Below are positions 1-12,200 of a DNA stretch of 64,000 nt, piece after piece. The stretch comes from Cycas panzhihuaensis (lineage: Eukaryota; Plantae; Cycadophyta), in NCBI GenBank assembly GCA_023213395.1, contig CM041465.1, forward strand, positions 128,037,741-128,101,740, read 5' to 3'. How positions within the stretch are numbered: the first letter of the stretch is position 1; each line of letters opens with the position of its first letter. The position numbers were made by a program, and so were the translations under genes. The notes beneath the pieces are model-generated. The model was not told where the DNA came from and did not search any database. It saw only the letters and a list, made by a program, of their open reading frames with translations.

Positions 1-1
1 T

Positions 2-376
2 GAGGCACTTGCCAAGCTGGCCAAGAACATAAACTGGGACTTAGAGGATTATTTTTCTGAACCCGAGGAGGGGGGCCTGAAAGACCAGAACCAGGAGGAG
101 AGCCAGGTTGGAACAGTAGTTGAAGGAGGAGGGGGTGTTGGGGTGAGAGCTTCAGATTCAGGCAGAGGGGGTGGGACACACAAATGGGTTTCAAAAAGTA
201 CCACATCAGAAATGAGGAACGCCCCAGATTATGGAATGGAGAAGAAGGTGGGTAGACCCCCTAGAAAGGCCACAAGGGAGAAAGAAACTCAAGCCCAGAT
301 AGACATGGGATACCAGAGCACGTTGAGAGAGGGGGGAGCACTAGAAGGCCCCAACCTTAGAAGTAGGAAAGGATGA
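2..376 (+). CDS. C-terminal part of L1 ORF1
   Basis: The frame is open from base 2 to TGA at 374-376. It has a basic KKVGRPPRK...Q.TL tail as seen in plant L1 ORF1, and the stop overlaps the ORF2 ATG (ATGA 373-376). Confidence 0.75.
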   Translation, partial: EALAKLAKNINWDLEDYFSEPEEGGLKDQNQEESQVGTVVEGGGGVGVRASDSGRGGGTHKWVSKSTTSEMRNAPDYGMEKKVGRPPRKATREKETQAQIDMGYQSTLREGGALEGPNLRSRKG

Positions 377-3300
377 GGGGTTTTCAGGCACCCATGAAGG
401 TCCTTTCTTGGAATATTAGGGGGCTAAATGCCCCATCCAAGCAAAGATTGGTCAGAGAGATTAGGATAAGGTTAGAGGCTGACATTGTACTCCTGCAGGA
501 GACAAAAGTGGAGCAGTTCAAGGAAGCAGAGGTGCTGAGAAAGATTTGGAGGAACGGAGAGGGGAAGATAAGTGGAGGCTCAGCGGGCTCCGGAGGGCTG
601 ATCTCTCTTTGGAATCCCAAAAGATGGAAAGGCTGGGAGGTGTGCAAGAGTGAGCACTTCCTTACTGTTGGGTTGGCTAGTACATCGACTAACAAGGAGT
701 ATTGGATCACCAATATCTACGCTCCTAATTCGGTCGAGGGTAGGAGAAGATTATGGGAGGGTTTGGTGGAGGCCCATAAAGATTTGGCTGGTCCCTGGCT
801 GGTGGCGGGGGATTTTAATTCCCCTCTGAGCCTGGAAGAGAAGAAAGGAGGGCAAGGGGGGTGGACTAGAAGTATGTCTGATCTTGGTGTTTTTGTGCAA
901 TCAGGTGGCCTGATGGATGTTCCTCTCAAGGGAGCGAGGTACACCTGGTCCAATAGACGGCTAGGGCACAATCACATACAATGTAGATTGGATAGGATGT
1001 TAATAAATTATAAATGGGCTTATCACTTTGAAGGTGTTAAGCTGGAGGCCCTGCCGAAAGCTGGGTCAGACCATGCTCCTCTTATCTTGGAGGGGTTCGT
1101 CCCAGCTTTTTTCAAAGGGGCACCATTCCGCTTTGAACTTATGTGGCAGAAACATCCAGACTTGAGGGATAGGATCAAGGAATGGTGTGGAATTCGGTCT
1201 GAGGGGTTGCGCCATGTACAGATTTTCGAGGAAGCTGAATTGGGTCAAGATACAAATTAAAGCCTGGAATAAAGAGGTCTTTGGAAATATTTTCGAACAC
1301 AAGGGCGCCTTGCTGGAGGAACTAAAGGGGATAGAGGATAGGATACAGAGGGAGGGTAGAACCCAGGATTTGGATCATAAGGAGCTCTCAACTTCCAGGA
1401 AATTTGAGGAGGTACTGGAGAGAGAGGAAATTTTCTAGAAACAGAAATCCAGAGAGCAATGGATAAGGGAGGGGGACAGAAACACGAAGTTCTTCCATAT
1501 GTCCACCTTGAGACATAGGGTTAACAACAGGATTTCTAAAATTCAGAGCAGGGATGGGGTTGTGTATGAGGCGGAGGATTAGATTGGTGGTATTGCGATG
1601 GAACACTTTAAACAGCTATTTACAGAGCCAGGATGTCAGGACCCCGCCCTTAGGGAGGCACTCTTACATCATATACCGAAATTGATTAATGAGGACCAGA
1701 ATAATAAATTGATAGAACCTTTCTCTCAGGAGGAGGTGGAGAGGGCCTTATTCAAAATGGGCCGTGACAAGGCCCCGGGGTTAGACAGTTTCCCTCCAGG
1801 TTTTTTCTAGGAATATTGGGAGATAATCAAGGGTGATCTGCTGGAGACGCTTAACGAATTCTTCCAAAGGCGGACCATAATGAAAGAATGGTAGGCCACG
1901 TTCTTGGCGCTGATTCCAAAGAAGGAGGGAGCGGAAATCATGGAAGACTTCAGACCGATCAGCCTGTGCAACGTTAAATACAAGATATTGGCTAAAGTGT
2001 TGGCGAATCGCCTGAAGCAGTATCTCCCAGATATCATTTCCCCAAACCAGGATGGGTTTGTCAAAGGTAGACAAATTTCGGACGGCATTATAATAGTTCA
2101 TGAGACTCTGCATTCGACAACGCAACGCAAGGAAGCCGGAATGATTATCAAAATAGATATGTCAAAGGCCTATGATCGGGTGGCAATGGATTGCTTGATG
2201 GAGTGCCTTGAGGCTTTTGGTTTTGGGGAGACATGGAGGGAGTGGATGGGGTGCTGTATCTCCAGAGTTTCCTTCTCAGTTTTAATAAATGGGAGGTCGA
2301 CCCCTTTCTTTGCGGGATCTAGGGGATTGAGGCAAGGTGATCCCCTCTCTCATTTTTTGTTCATTATAATGGCGGAGATGTTAGGCAGGGCGACGATGGA
2401 GGCTCAGAGGATAGGGAGGATAATAGGATTGAGAGCCTCCTCTAATCTAGACAACATTGTGCTTCATCAGTTTGTAGATGACAATATTTTCCTATGCAGG
2501 GCCTCTGTGAGGGAGGCCAGAGCCTTAAAATTGGGTTTCCAGGTGTATGAAAAGGCTACAAACCAAAAAATAAATTTGAACAAAAGCTCAGCCTTTTTTA
2601 TCAACACGCCGGAGAGACTCCAAAGTAAAATATGCAGGACTTTGGAGATGGCTAGAGGTTCCATCCCTAAGTCTTATCTCGGTATGCCTCTTTTTACAGG
2701 AAGGATGGGGAAGGAGATGTGGGATTCAATAGTAAGCAGATTCAATAGGAAGTTAGCTGGATGGAAAGGGGCCCTCCTCAGTTGGGCTGGGAAAATTCAG
2801 CTGCTGGTGGCTTCTCTACAAAGCATCCCGGTCTATCAAATGACGGTCTACAAAATCCCGAATAAGGTCATCTTGACTTTGGAAGGAATCATGAAGAGAT
2901 TCCTCTGGTCAGGTGCTAAAGAGAAAAGGAAATTTCACCTTGTGTCGTGGGACAAGGTTTGCAAACCTAAGTGGGTGGGTGGTCTTAACGTAAGAAGACT
3001 GGGCTTTTTTAATGAGGCCCTCTTGGCAAAAATGGGGTGGAGGCTCTTTAAAGAAGTTGGTTCGACCTGGGGGAAGATTATGGCGAGGAAGTATCTGGGG
3101 GATAAGCACTTTCTTTTGGATGAGGGGCTCTGTCTGGAAGGGTCAAAGGTGTGGAGAGCTATCAGATCTTCGAGGTCCCTTCTTCGTGAAGGCATGCGCT
3201 GGAAGCTGGGGGACGGCGAAAGCATAAGGTTTTGGGAAGATAGATGGTGTGGACCCTTTAAGCTTGAGGAGGTGCTTAGCAGCGGAGCCATGAGGAGAGA

Positions 3301-4603
3301 ATGTGTAGACTGCTATGGCATTTTGGTCAAGAACTACTGGGTTGGGCAAGGAAAGGAGAGGAGGTGGAGATCATTTAAGGAGGTGACTGGTTTCGAGGAG
3401 GAGATCCTTAGGATGAAAGAGATTTTAGATAAACAGTACATACCGAAGAGGGTGGGCCCAGATTCCCTGGTATAGCCCACTTCGTCTTCGGGTTCATATT
3501 CGGTCAAATCGGGCTATGATTTGAGGATGAGCAGAGAGGGCTGGGATAGAAACTATAGGCTGGCTGGGGTATGGAAGTTAGGGGTTCTTCCAAAAATTAC
3601 AGCTTTCTGGTGGTTATGCCTTCAAAACAAATTACTTACATTGGACAACCTCTCGAAGAGGGGCTTCCAGCTGGTGAATAGATGTGTGATGTGTAAGATG
3701 AATGCCGAAACCTTGGACCATCTCTGCATCTACTGTCCTTATTCAGAGGGCATCTGGAATGTTATCTGGGCTGGGATGGGGATAGCTTGGGTTTCCTCAT
3801 ACTCCTTATGTGAGCAGTGGGCAGCTTGGACATCGCCATTCAAAAGCAAAACCCTATCTAGACTCTGGAAGATGATCCTCCCGGTAGGCTCTTGGCTCAT
3901 CTGGAAAGAACGTAACATGAGGATATTCGAAGGTAAAGAGAAGGATCGATTCTTCACGATAGAGATCAGAAAGGCCATCTCAGAAATGATGTTTAAACCT
4001 AAGGAGGATAGGATTCCCAGGAGGGAAGAGGAGATTATTAAAGATTGGGGTATAGTGCCCCTGGATGGAGTCAAAGTAAAGAGAAGAGATGTCAAGTGGC
4101 ATCCCCCGGATGGATCTTGGGTAAAAGTCAATTTTGATAGTGCTGCGAAGGGCAATCTAGGGGAGGCGGGAGGAGGGGGCCTCTGCAGGGATTAGGAAGG
4201 TAATGTGAGATGGGCTTTTGCAGAATATATGGGGGTTCAATCGAACCAGAAAGCTGAGGTCTGGGCTATGCTGAGGGCCACTACTATTTTGGATGAGGCA
4301 GATGTGCAAAAGGTGATAATAGAGAGTGACTCTATGTATGCAATCAAATGCTTGAGAGGGGATATGGACCCTGGGTGGGAGAATATAAATATTTTCAAGG
4401 ATGCCCAGGATGTTTTAAGAGCCAGAGCGGAGGTTGAGATTCAGCATACCTATAGGGAGGGTAACTCGGTAGCAGATTGGTTGGCAAACTGGGCTGTGAC
4501 AAATAAAAGATCAAAAGTCTGGAGAGAGGAGTTCCCGGAGGAGTTGCTGAGATTGGTCAGGGCAGATGCACATATGGGAGAGGTTACCAGATGTAAGATT
4601 TAA
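373..4603 (+). pseudogene. L1 ORF2 polyprotein (APE endonuclease, reverse transcriptase, zf-RVT, RNase H), disrupted
   Basis: EN: SWNIRGL, LQETK, GDFN, RLDR, SDH. RT: FRPISLCN, KIDMSKAYDRV, GLRQGDPLS, QFVDD. Zn finger: CVMC..H.C..C. RNase H: VNFDS..KGN.G, AE, ESDS, HTYREGNSVAD. Frameshift near 1185-1260 and in-frame TAG stops (e.g. 1436, 1808, 3473, 4193). Confidence 0.95.
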
Positions 4604-4724
4604 TTTCGGGTTAGACCATGGGCTGTCATGGTCATTTTTCTTCTTGGGTTGGCGTTGATGTACCGAGTTTGGGGACCCAGTTAAAACCCCTTTAATTCTT
4701 TTTACCTTATCAAAAAAAAAAAAA

Positions 4725-4978
4725 GTACATTGGAACTAGGGTTAATGATAGTGGCATTGGATTTAATAGATGCAAGTATAAAGGGTTATGCACTTTCTTT
4801 ACATGAATAATACCTTCCTCTCTATACAAAGTTTAATTAATTATAAATTACCAAATTCATATTATTCATTAAAGAATAACTTAGGTACTTAGATTTCCTT
4901 TAGTTTCCTTATTGTTTATTTGGATTTTCATTTTATATCATTGTGGAACTATAGGTAGTGAATATGAAAACCATTACA
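4725..4978 (+). repeat. 3' part of a solo LTR (family X) interrupted by the L1 insertion
   Basis: Ends ...aaccattaca at 4978. Homologous to 27341-28094 (+) and, in reverse, to the LTRs at 17466-17850 and 19767-20150. Confidence 0.7.
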
Positions 4979-6200
4979 ATTATCCATTATAGCTTGAATT
5001 ACCATATATGGACATTAATTATAGACTACATATTAAGAAAATTGCCTCACTCTATGGCAAAGAATTGTATGATTTTAGAATGAGAATATCGATATTGTAG
5101 CACATTCTAGAATTTTTCTATAGGTCATTTTGACTAAAAATCATCCTTTTAAGCTTGAATTAGATATTTAAGGATACACTTATATTCAAACTGCTCACTT
5201 CCTTAATTATATTAATGTCTAGATTACCTATTAGGCAGTGGGAAATTTGATACAAAGTAGCTATAATAATCTTATTAACCCATTAGCAAACTAATGGCAC
5301 CCTCTTTGGTATGTTTGATTGTAAGCTTATAATTCAACCTAAAGAGCACAAGATACAACCTATAGCATTTAGACCCTTACTCATCTATAGCCAACAAGAC
5401 TAAGGGTTCAACTAGTTAATTAATCTTCAAAGGGTGCCTAATCTCCTAATTCACCCTTAGGCAAGAAAATACCAAGATGGAACATAGTCTAATGAATAAG
5501 GTAAAATAACTTCTTAAACTTACCATTATAAAAGTTTTTGAAGGAAAGGAGAATAGCCTGATAAAATATGCCAAGGTTATGGAACCATTATTTAGGAAAG
5601 GAAGAATTTCTATTATATCATTAGGGTGGATATTTGAAGAAAATTTCTCTCATATTTAAAATTAATAGATGATTATTTTATATTACTCTAATCTTAAATC
5701 CATCCTCTTACTTCTTAGAATCATTATGATGGGAAGTGTTTCTTTTATATAAATTCTCTTAAAAATATGAAGAATTTATCCAATATTTAGAGAAATTATT
5801 ATTTCTTATTACAATAATTTGAAGCCTTCTTATGGATAATTGATGATGTATCCATTACTAAATTATGATTCCATTATTAGATAGAGAAATTATAAGGCAA
5901 ATTAAAGGATTAAAATCCAAAGTCCCTCTTACTATTATTTTCTTATATGAGGTTAACATTTAATATTTTTAATTAAAGAACATTATCACTTTTATTTTGG
6001 GAGATAGATACCTTTAAAGTATATAGACAAATGGAAATGAAGGGTTATTATTTGGCTTGCAACTTTTCTGATATGAGGATTTCTTAGACATAAGTGATGA
6101 TTCTTATAATTGCTTCACTTAGGCTATCACCTGAGTTAATTAGGTTATGGAGGGGACTTTAATATAATAGAAAAATTATGATCTAAAAGGATCTATCTAC
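4979..6200 (+). mobile_element. Ancient decayed LINE remnant (ORF1 zinc-knuckle region and start of endonuclease)
   Basis: Manual translation gives an ORF1-like RIFL.V.LTKNHPFKL...GYTYIQ near 5105-5250 and GGDFNIIEK near 6150-6175. Heavily degraded. Confidence 0.5.
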
Positions 6201-6209
6201 TAGCTGAAG

Positions 6210-9200
6210 TACCAAAATTATGATCTCAACAAATGGAGGTATAAAGCCTAGTTATTAATAACATCCTACGATCCCCCATTCAGAGTAACAACATAAAAAA
6301 TATATCAAATATAAAAACTTAATTAAGCCCCTAATATGAAACAAGGACCAAGCAATGCTTATCTTATACTTAGGGTGCAATTTGTTAATAATTTAAATAT
6401 GATTATATAAAAACTTGAAGTAAGCTATGGTGGTATAATCTAACATAGATCTATCAAATGTGGAAGTTATGTGAGCAATTGGTTTGATAAATAAAATAAA
6501 TTATTCTATCAATATATGAAATTATATTGGCTATAGGTGTAGGTTATAAAGCATTGTTATATTTCATAGAATAGGGATAAATTAGACAACTCTAAAGTTA
6601 TTGCATTTCCCTCATATTTTGAGCTCATGAACATTCTTATCTTCCTCTAGAGTCACTTTCCCTTCTTAAAAGAAGAATCCTCTCTTTTTTTGCAGCACCT
6701 TATTTGATATTCTACTAATTAATCAAAGTAATAATTTCTTGATTCATTACCTATTATAGTTTTAGGTATATGGATAATCAATAAGCTTATTTATTTATTA
6801 GTTGTGGGTTGATGACTTTAAGTAATTCATTACTAGGTACTCATTATTAACATTCTAATTGTGGTCATCAACCACCCTTTTTCATATTACTAGTCATCAT
6901 ACTTCTATTCATTGGTCGCTTATTAGCCTACCAATAATTAGTCCTTATGCTCTAGTCACTAGTTTTTTCTTATCATCTTCCATCAATTATATCCTCTTCT
7001 AGTTTCATTTTAAAGTAACCCTTTATTTTGTAGGAGTAATGGTCCCCATTATTCTACTATGCATTTTTAGAAAATCAATTTATAATAATAATTCCTTTTC
7101 TTCTATGCCATGTACCAAGTTGGGGCAATTGGTCTTTCATACTAAACATAAAGAGTTCTAGTTGGGCCCTTGTCATATCATCCTTTCATTTCTCTAAAGG
7201 ATATTGTCACCTGTTAGAATTAATGTATCTTTTGGAATGAGTCCTTTTAGTAGAGGTAAGACTACCTCATCTTTTTCTTTATTCAACAATGAGGGTTTGT
7301 ATGATTTAAATTTATTTACATTGAAAACTAGATGTATCCCTATATAGAGTGGTAAATCAAGATTAAATGAATTTCCCTTAACTTTCTCTATTATATTAAA
7401 ATGTTGATATAAGGTATACCTTCTATATGATTTCTAACGAAAGTCTCCTTTGGCAAATGAATCCAAACTTGATTGTCCACTTGAAAGTCAAGTTCCTTCT
7501 TATGTCAATCATGCTTACTGTTGTACTTCTATTGATTCTTTAGTATTATGTCATGTATTTAGGATTAAGCTTGCTTAATGCACACTGAATAATACTATTC
7601 TTGCTATTGAGTCTATCCAACATATTTGATCAAGTTTATATGTGTTACTAATTACGTTGTTGAGTTAGATTGAAAACCTAGATAAACATTAAATGATGAT
7701 TTCTATGTCTAGATATAAACCACTTAATTATAACTATGTTAAATTTTTTTTTTTGGTAAGGTTTAAATAAATGTGGGGATTTAAAAAGGGGACCCTGACC
7801 CCTTTATAAAATTTGCCAAAATAGCCACATAGATCTATTGTGACAAGCCCACAAGCTAGCTTCAAAATAATACCAAACCTAAGTAGCCACCTAGACCGCC
7901 CCTACCACGACAAGCCCAATGGCTAGCTTAAATAAGTTAGAACCACCTATTTACCACAATTGATCCAATAACCAACTAAGAAAACCTACTAGAGTTGGTA
8001 CCCTCCATATGTTTCCTAACCAGATCCATAATCTCAATAGGGATCAAATCCCTCTATGCCTCACTTCTTTTAAATTGAACCCCCCAATTAGCCAGACTAT
8101 CAACCATCCCATTTCTTTCCCTATATGTGTGACCCACTTGAATGTTTACTCTCCTTTGGAGGGACTCCTTAGCATCATTTATTATGGATCTGAGCTTCTA
8201 ATTCAGATCTACTTCCCCACTTATTAATTTTATCTCATTCAATAAATCCCCTTCCAAAATCACTCTATCATGCCCCTCTTAGGATATCACTTCCACAACT
8301 TTGCATATTAGCTCTAGCTCTGCACATTGATTAGTCTAAATCCTATGATATTTAATAAAAGCCTAGACCACCTTGCCTTTAGCATTTCTGCAAACCCTTC
8401 CACCCCCTGCTTTGCTAGGGTTACCTTTTGTTGCGCCATCAAAATTAATCTTGACCCACTCTTAGGTTTTGTATTCATAATGGGGTTAATACCCCACTCC
8501 TCCAAGATCTTCCTTTCCTTAGGGGGAACATAAATTTCTTCCTCCTTCTTCAAGGTCTCTCTCAGAGCTGCAAAGATCATCCCAAAAAGCTTAGAACCAT
8601 CCATGTGCTTCTCTTGAAAGATTCTCCTATTCCTCTCTTTCTAAAGATTCCACATCAGCATAGGTAGTGATGTTGTCCATAAAAACCTTAAAGTTTCGCA
8701 TATCAAGGGGAACTTCTATGAAGAGGCTAAGTCCTTCACGATTATGGGGGAGATTCAAACTACCCCAAAAGTGTTCCACAATAGCTTCCACACTTCCTTG
8801 GAATAAGAGTAGTGCAACAAGATATCGTTAAGAGACTCCTCCTCTGTTTACCATCGAAAAACCTCTTATCCTTAAGTTATCCAAGGTTAGGATTTTATTC
8901 TTAAGGTATACCCACGAGAAGAAGGCAACCTTATGGATAAGGCCCATTTTCTAAACTCCCCCTAACACCTTGTTTTTAGATAATCCCATTTTTTAGATCA
9001 AAAATAGGTAGCTTAATTTCACTGAGTACTCTATTAAAGGGGAGAGGGGCTAAAGGAGGGAGTCTACCTTGGGAAATATAGGGATATAGCCTTTTGCCAA
9101 CTCACACCTGAGGGCCTCAATTTACTCCTCACCCACACATTCTAGGGGTATATCGTCAAAGCACCTCCATTTCTTTATGCCCCATCAAATCTCCCAATAG

Positions 9201-12200
9201 TCCTTGACTTTTCTGCCATATAACCTTTCATAGGTGTCTTGGATAGAGTTAATAACTAGTCTCTTCTTTAATTGAGGCTATCTGCACCAAAAATCTTTCC
9301 AAAATCTAATTAGCTCCCCATCCCCTAAATACCATTGATCTCTTGATGTTAACATCTTTCCCGCATATGTTAGACTTCTCTAAATTGTAGAGCCTAACTT
9401 GCTCGAGAAATCATCTCTTGGGTACTCCTTGTCCCTAAGGAATTTCTCGGCACAATTTTACACCAAAAGCTTTTATCCTCCTTGGCCAATCTCCAGCCTA
9501 ACTTAGCCACCAAGGCCTTATTAAACCAGACAATGTTTTTGACATTGAGCCTGCAAGCCCATTTAGGGAGGCATACTTTCTCCTAGGCCACTAGGTGAAT
9601 TCAGTCCCTATCCTCTACCTCAGACCATAAAAACCTTTTCTGAATGGATTCTAATACCTTGATAATATTCACAAGGCATTTAAAAAATGATATCATATAG
9701 GTTGGGATGCTTTGAAGAGAGGTTTCTAGTAATTAAAGTTTTCCAACTTGGCTCAGAAGAGCCCCCTTCGAACTAGCTAACTTCCTTCGTACCCAATCAA
9801 TAATCAGGTTCCACATATCCTTCTCCATTCTACCTACAAAAAGAGATATACCAAGGAAAAGGATAGGGAGCTTCCTAATAGGCATTTTAAGGATATTATT
9901 AATAATTCTTTGGGTTCTCTTTATGGTATTTAGGAAAAATATACTACTTTTGTTAAGGTTTATCTTCTGTTTCATCATAATCTCAAACCTTTCAAGCTCA
10001 TTCTTTATAGCTCTTACTTCCACAATAGTGGCTCTACCCAACAAAATGTTGTCACCCACAAAGTGATGATGGACTACATTATCTACACCCAAGGTAGGCT
10101 TTAATCCTAGAATCTTACCTATCTTCTTGGCCTCCTCCATAGACCTTCCCATTAATTCAGTCGTAATGATGAACATATATAGGGCTAAGGGATCCCCTTA
10201 TCTCAAACCTATAAAGCCTAAAAGGAAAGTAGTCAAAATACCATTAATAATCACAAAAAATTCTGACTTTGAGATACAACTATTAATCCAATTCCCCTAG
10301 TGCTCACCAAAACCAAAAGCCTTGATGCAGTCCAATAAGTAATCCTACGAAACCCTGTCATAGGCCCTAAAAAGGTTAATTTTGACTATCATCCTATGCT
10401 CTTTCTTCTGGTGAATCAAATGGATAGTTTTGTGGACCACAATTATCTCATCTAAAATCTATCTACCTTTGATGAAGTCATCCTGACTAGGCGTTATGAT
10501 CAGAGGAAGGATACTCTTAAGCCTGTTAGCTAGAATCTTTGACATAATTTTGTACTTAACGTTACATAATCTAATAGGTATAAATTCCTCCATCCTTTTC
10601 GCTTCTCCCTTCTTCATGATAAAAAATAAGAAGGTAGCATGCCATTCCTCATGAATCTTTCAATTCTCATAAATTCCATAATGGCCTCTAAGAGATCTTC
10701 CTTGATGATGTCCTAATATTCTTGGAAAAAACTAAGGGGGAAGCCATCTGAACCTAGGGATTTCTCCCTCTTCACTCTAAAAATAGCTCTTTTCATCTCT
10801 TCCAATGAGAAGAGGACCTCCAAGAATTTATTCATCTCATGTCCTACAATCTTAAGGATCAGGTCTAGAACCCCTCTCCTAACCCCCACATCCTAACACC
10901 CTGGTTAATTGAATATGTCCTTGAAATAATCCACTTCCACATCCTTAGTGCCTTTCAACTTTGATATTTCCTTTCCATCCCTATTAACTAGGACCCTTAT
11001 TTGGTTGTGGGTCTTATGTTTTAGTGTGGTCATTTAGAAAATTTTCATATTCCTATCCCTCTCGGCTAACCACAGGGCCCTAGATTTTTGCTTCTAATGG
11101 ATTTACTCCTTTACCAAGACTTCCTCCATCTTAGAGAGCAAACTTCTCTCACTTTGGACTAAGGAATGAGACCTCCCTTCGTCCTGGATTTTCATCTCTA
11201 GATCCTTGAGTTTCCTTATGATCTGGTTCTTTATTTTAAAAATATTCCTATTGAATCTCTTATTCCAATCTTTAACCTTACATTTCACCCAATTCAACTT
11301 TTTGGAGAATCTTAGCATCCTGCATCCATCAATTGGGACCATCCATTAGTCTTTTATCAACTCACAGAGGCTTAGATCCTTTGTCCACATAAGGTCAAAG
11401 TAGAAAGGGGCTCATATATATCTTTTATTATTAACAAACCCTAACATTAATGGGGAGTGATTCAAGACTAACTTTGGCATGGATTCTAAGGTAATATTAC
11501 TATACTAGCTAGCCCAAGCATAATTTATTAGAACTTTATCAAGTTTAACCTAGATATGATGAGCTTCCAACCTTTTATTAGATTAGGTAAACTTTGGAGC
11601 CCTAAGGAAGACGTCCATCACACCCCCCTTCTACATGAATTCCCTTAGGTCCTCCATGCTCTTTGTCTAGCCTCCTTGACCACCTCCTTTTTCATCAGGG
11701 GACAAGAACATATTGAAGTCTCCAACTATCAGCCAAGGTCCCCTCCATTCTTTATGGGATTCCAACATGTTGTCCCATAAACATTTCCTTCCTTCCCATA
11801 TAATAGGAGTATACACATTCGAGACTAACCATTTAAGATTCAATTTCCTATAAGTCATCCACTAGGATATAAAGTGATCTTCAGATAGACATACTTCTCC
11901 CTCCCATCCTCTAAGGTTCCACAGAGTTGCCAAGCTACTTGAGCCCTTCTACCCATCCATAGTAATCATATCAGCTCCTCTCTAGACTTTGTTCTTAATA
12001 TTATCTCTATTAGCTACTTCTAATTTAGTTTCTTGGAGTAATAGGATATCCAGATCTAGTTTAGCTTAAAAACCTCTAACCATTCTATATTTAAATGGGG
12101 CATTTATATCCCAAATATTCTAGGAGGTAAGTTTTATAATTACACTACCTCCTTCTCCCTCAGGTCTCTTTATCTTTTATTTCTTAGCCTGGGGCCAAGC

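Larger units (their letters stand above)
1..4724 (+). mobile_element. L1-clade LINE with C-terminal RNase H (5' end outside window), disabled by a few stops and a frameshift
   Basis: ORF1 tail, then EN-RT-zf-RVT-RNase H ORF2, a short 3'UTR and an A13 tail at 4712-4724. The flank after the tail matches the uninterrupted paralogous site at ~27341. Confidence 0.96.

Noticed and set aside
384-4155. Multiple minus-strand ORFs over the first L1
   Set aside because: Antisense shadow frames of a purine-rich coding strand.
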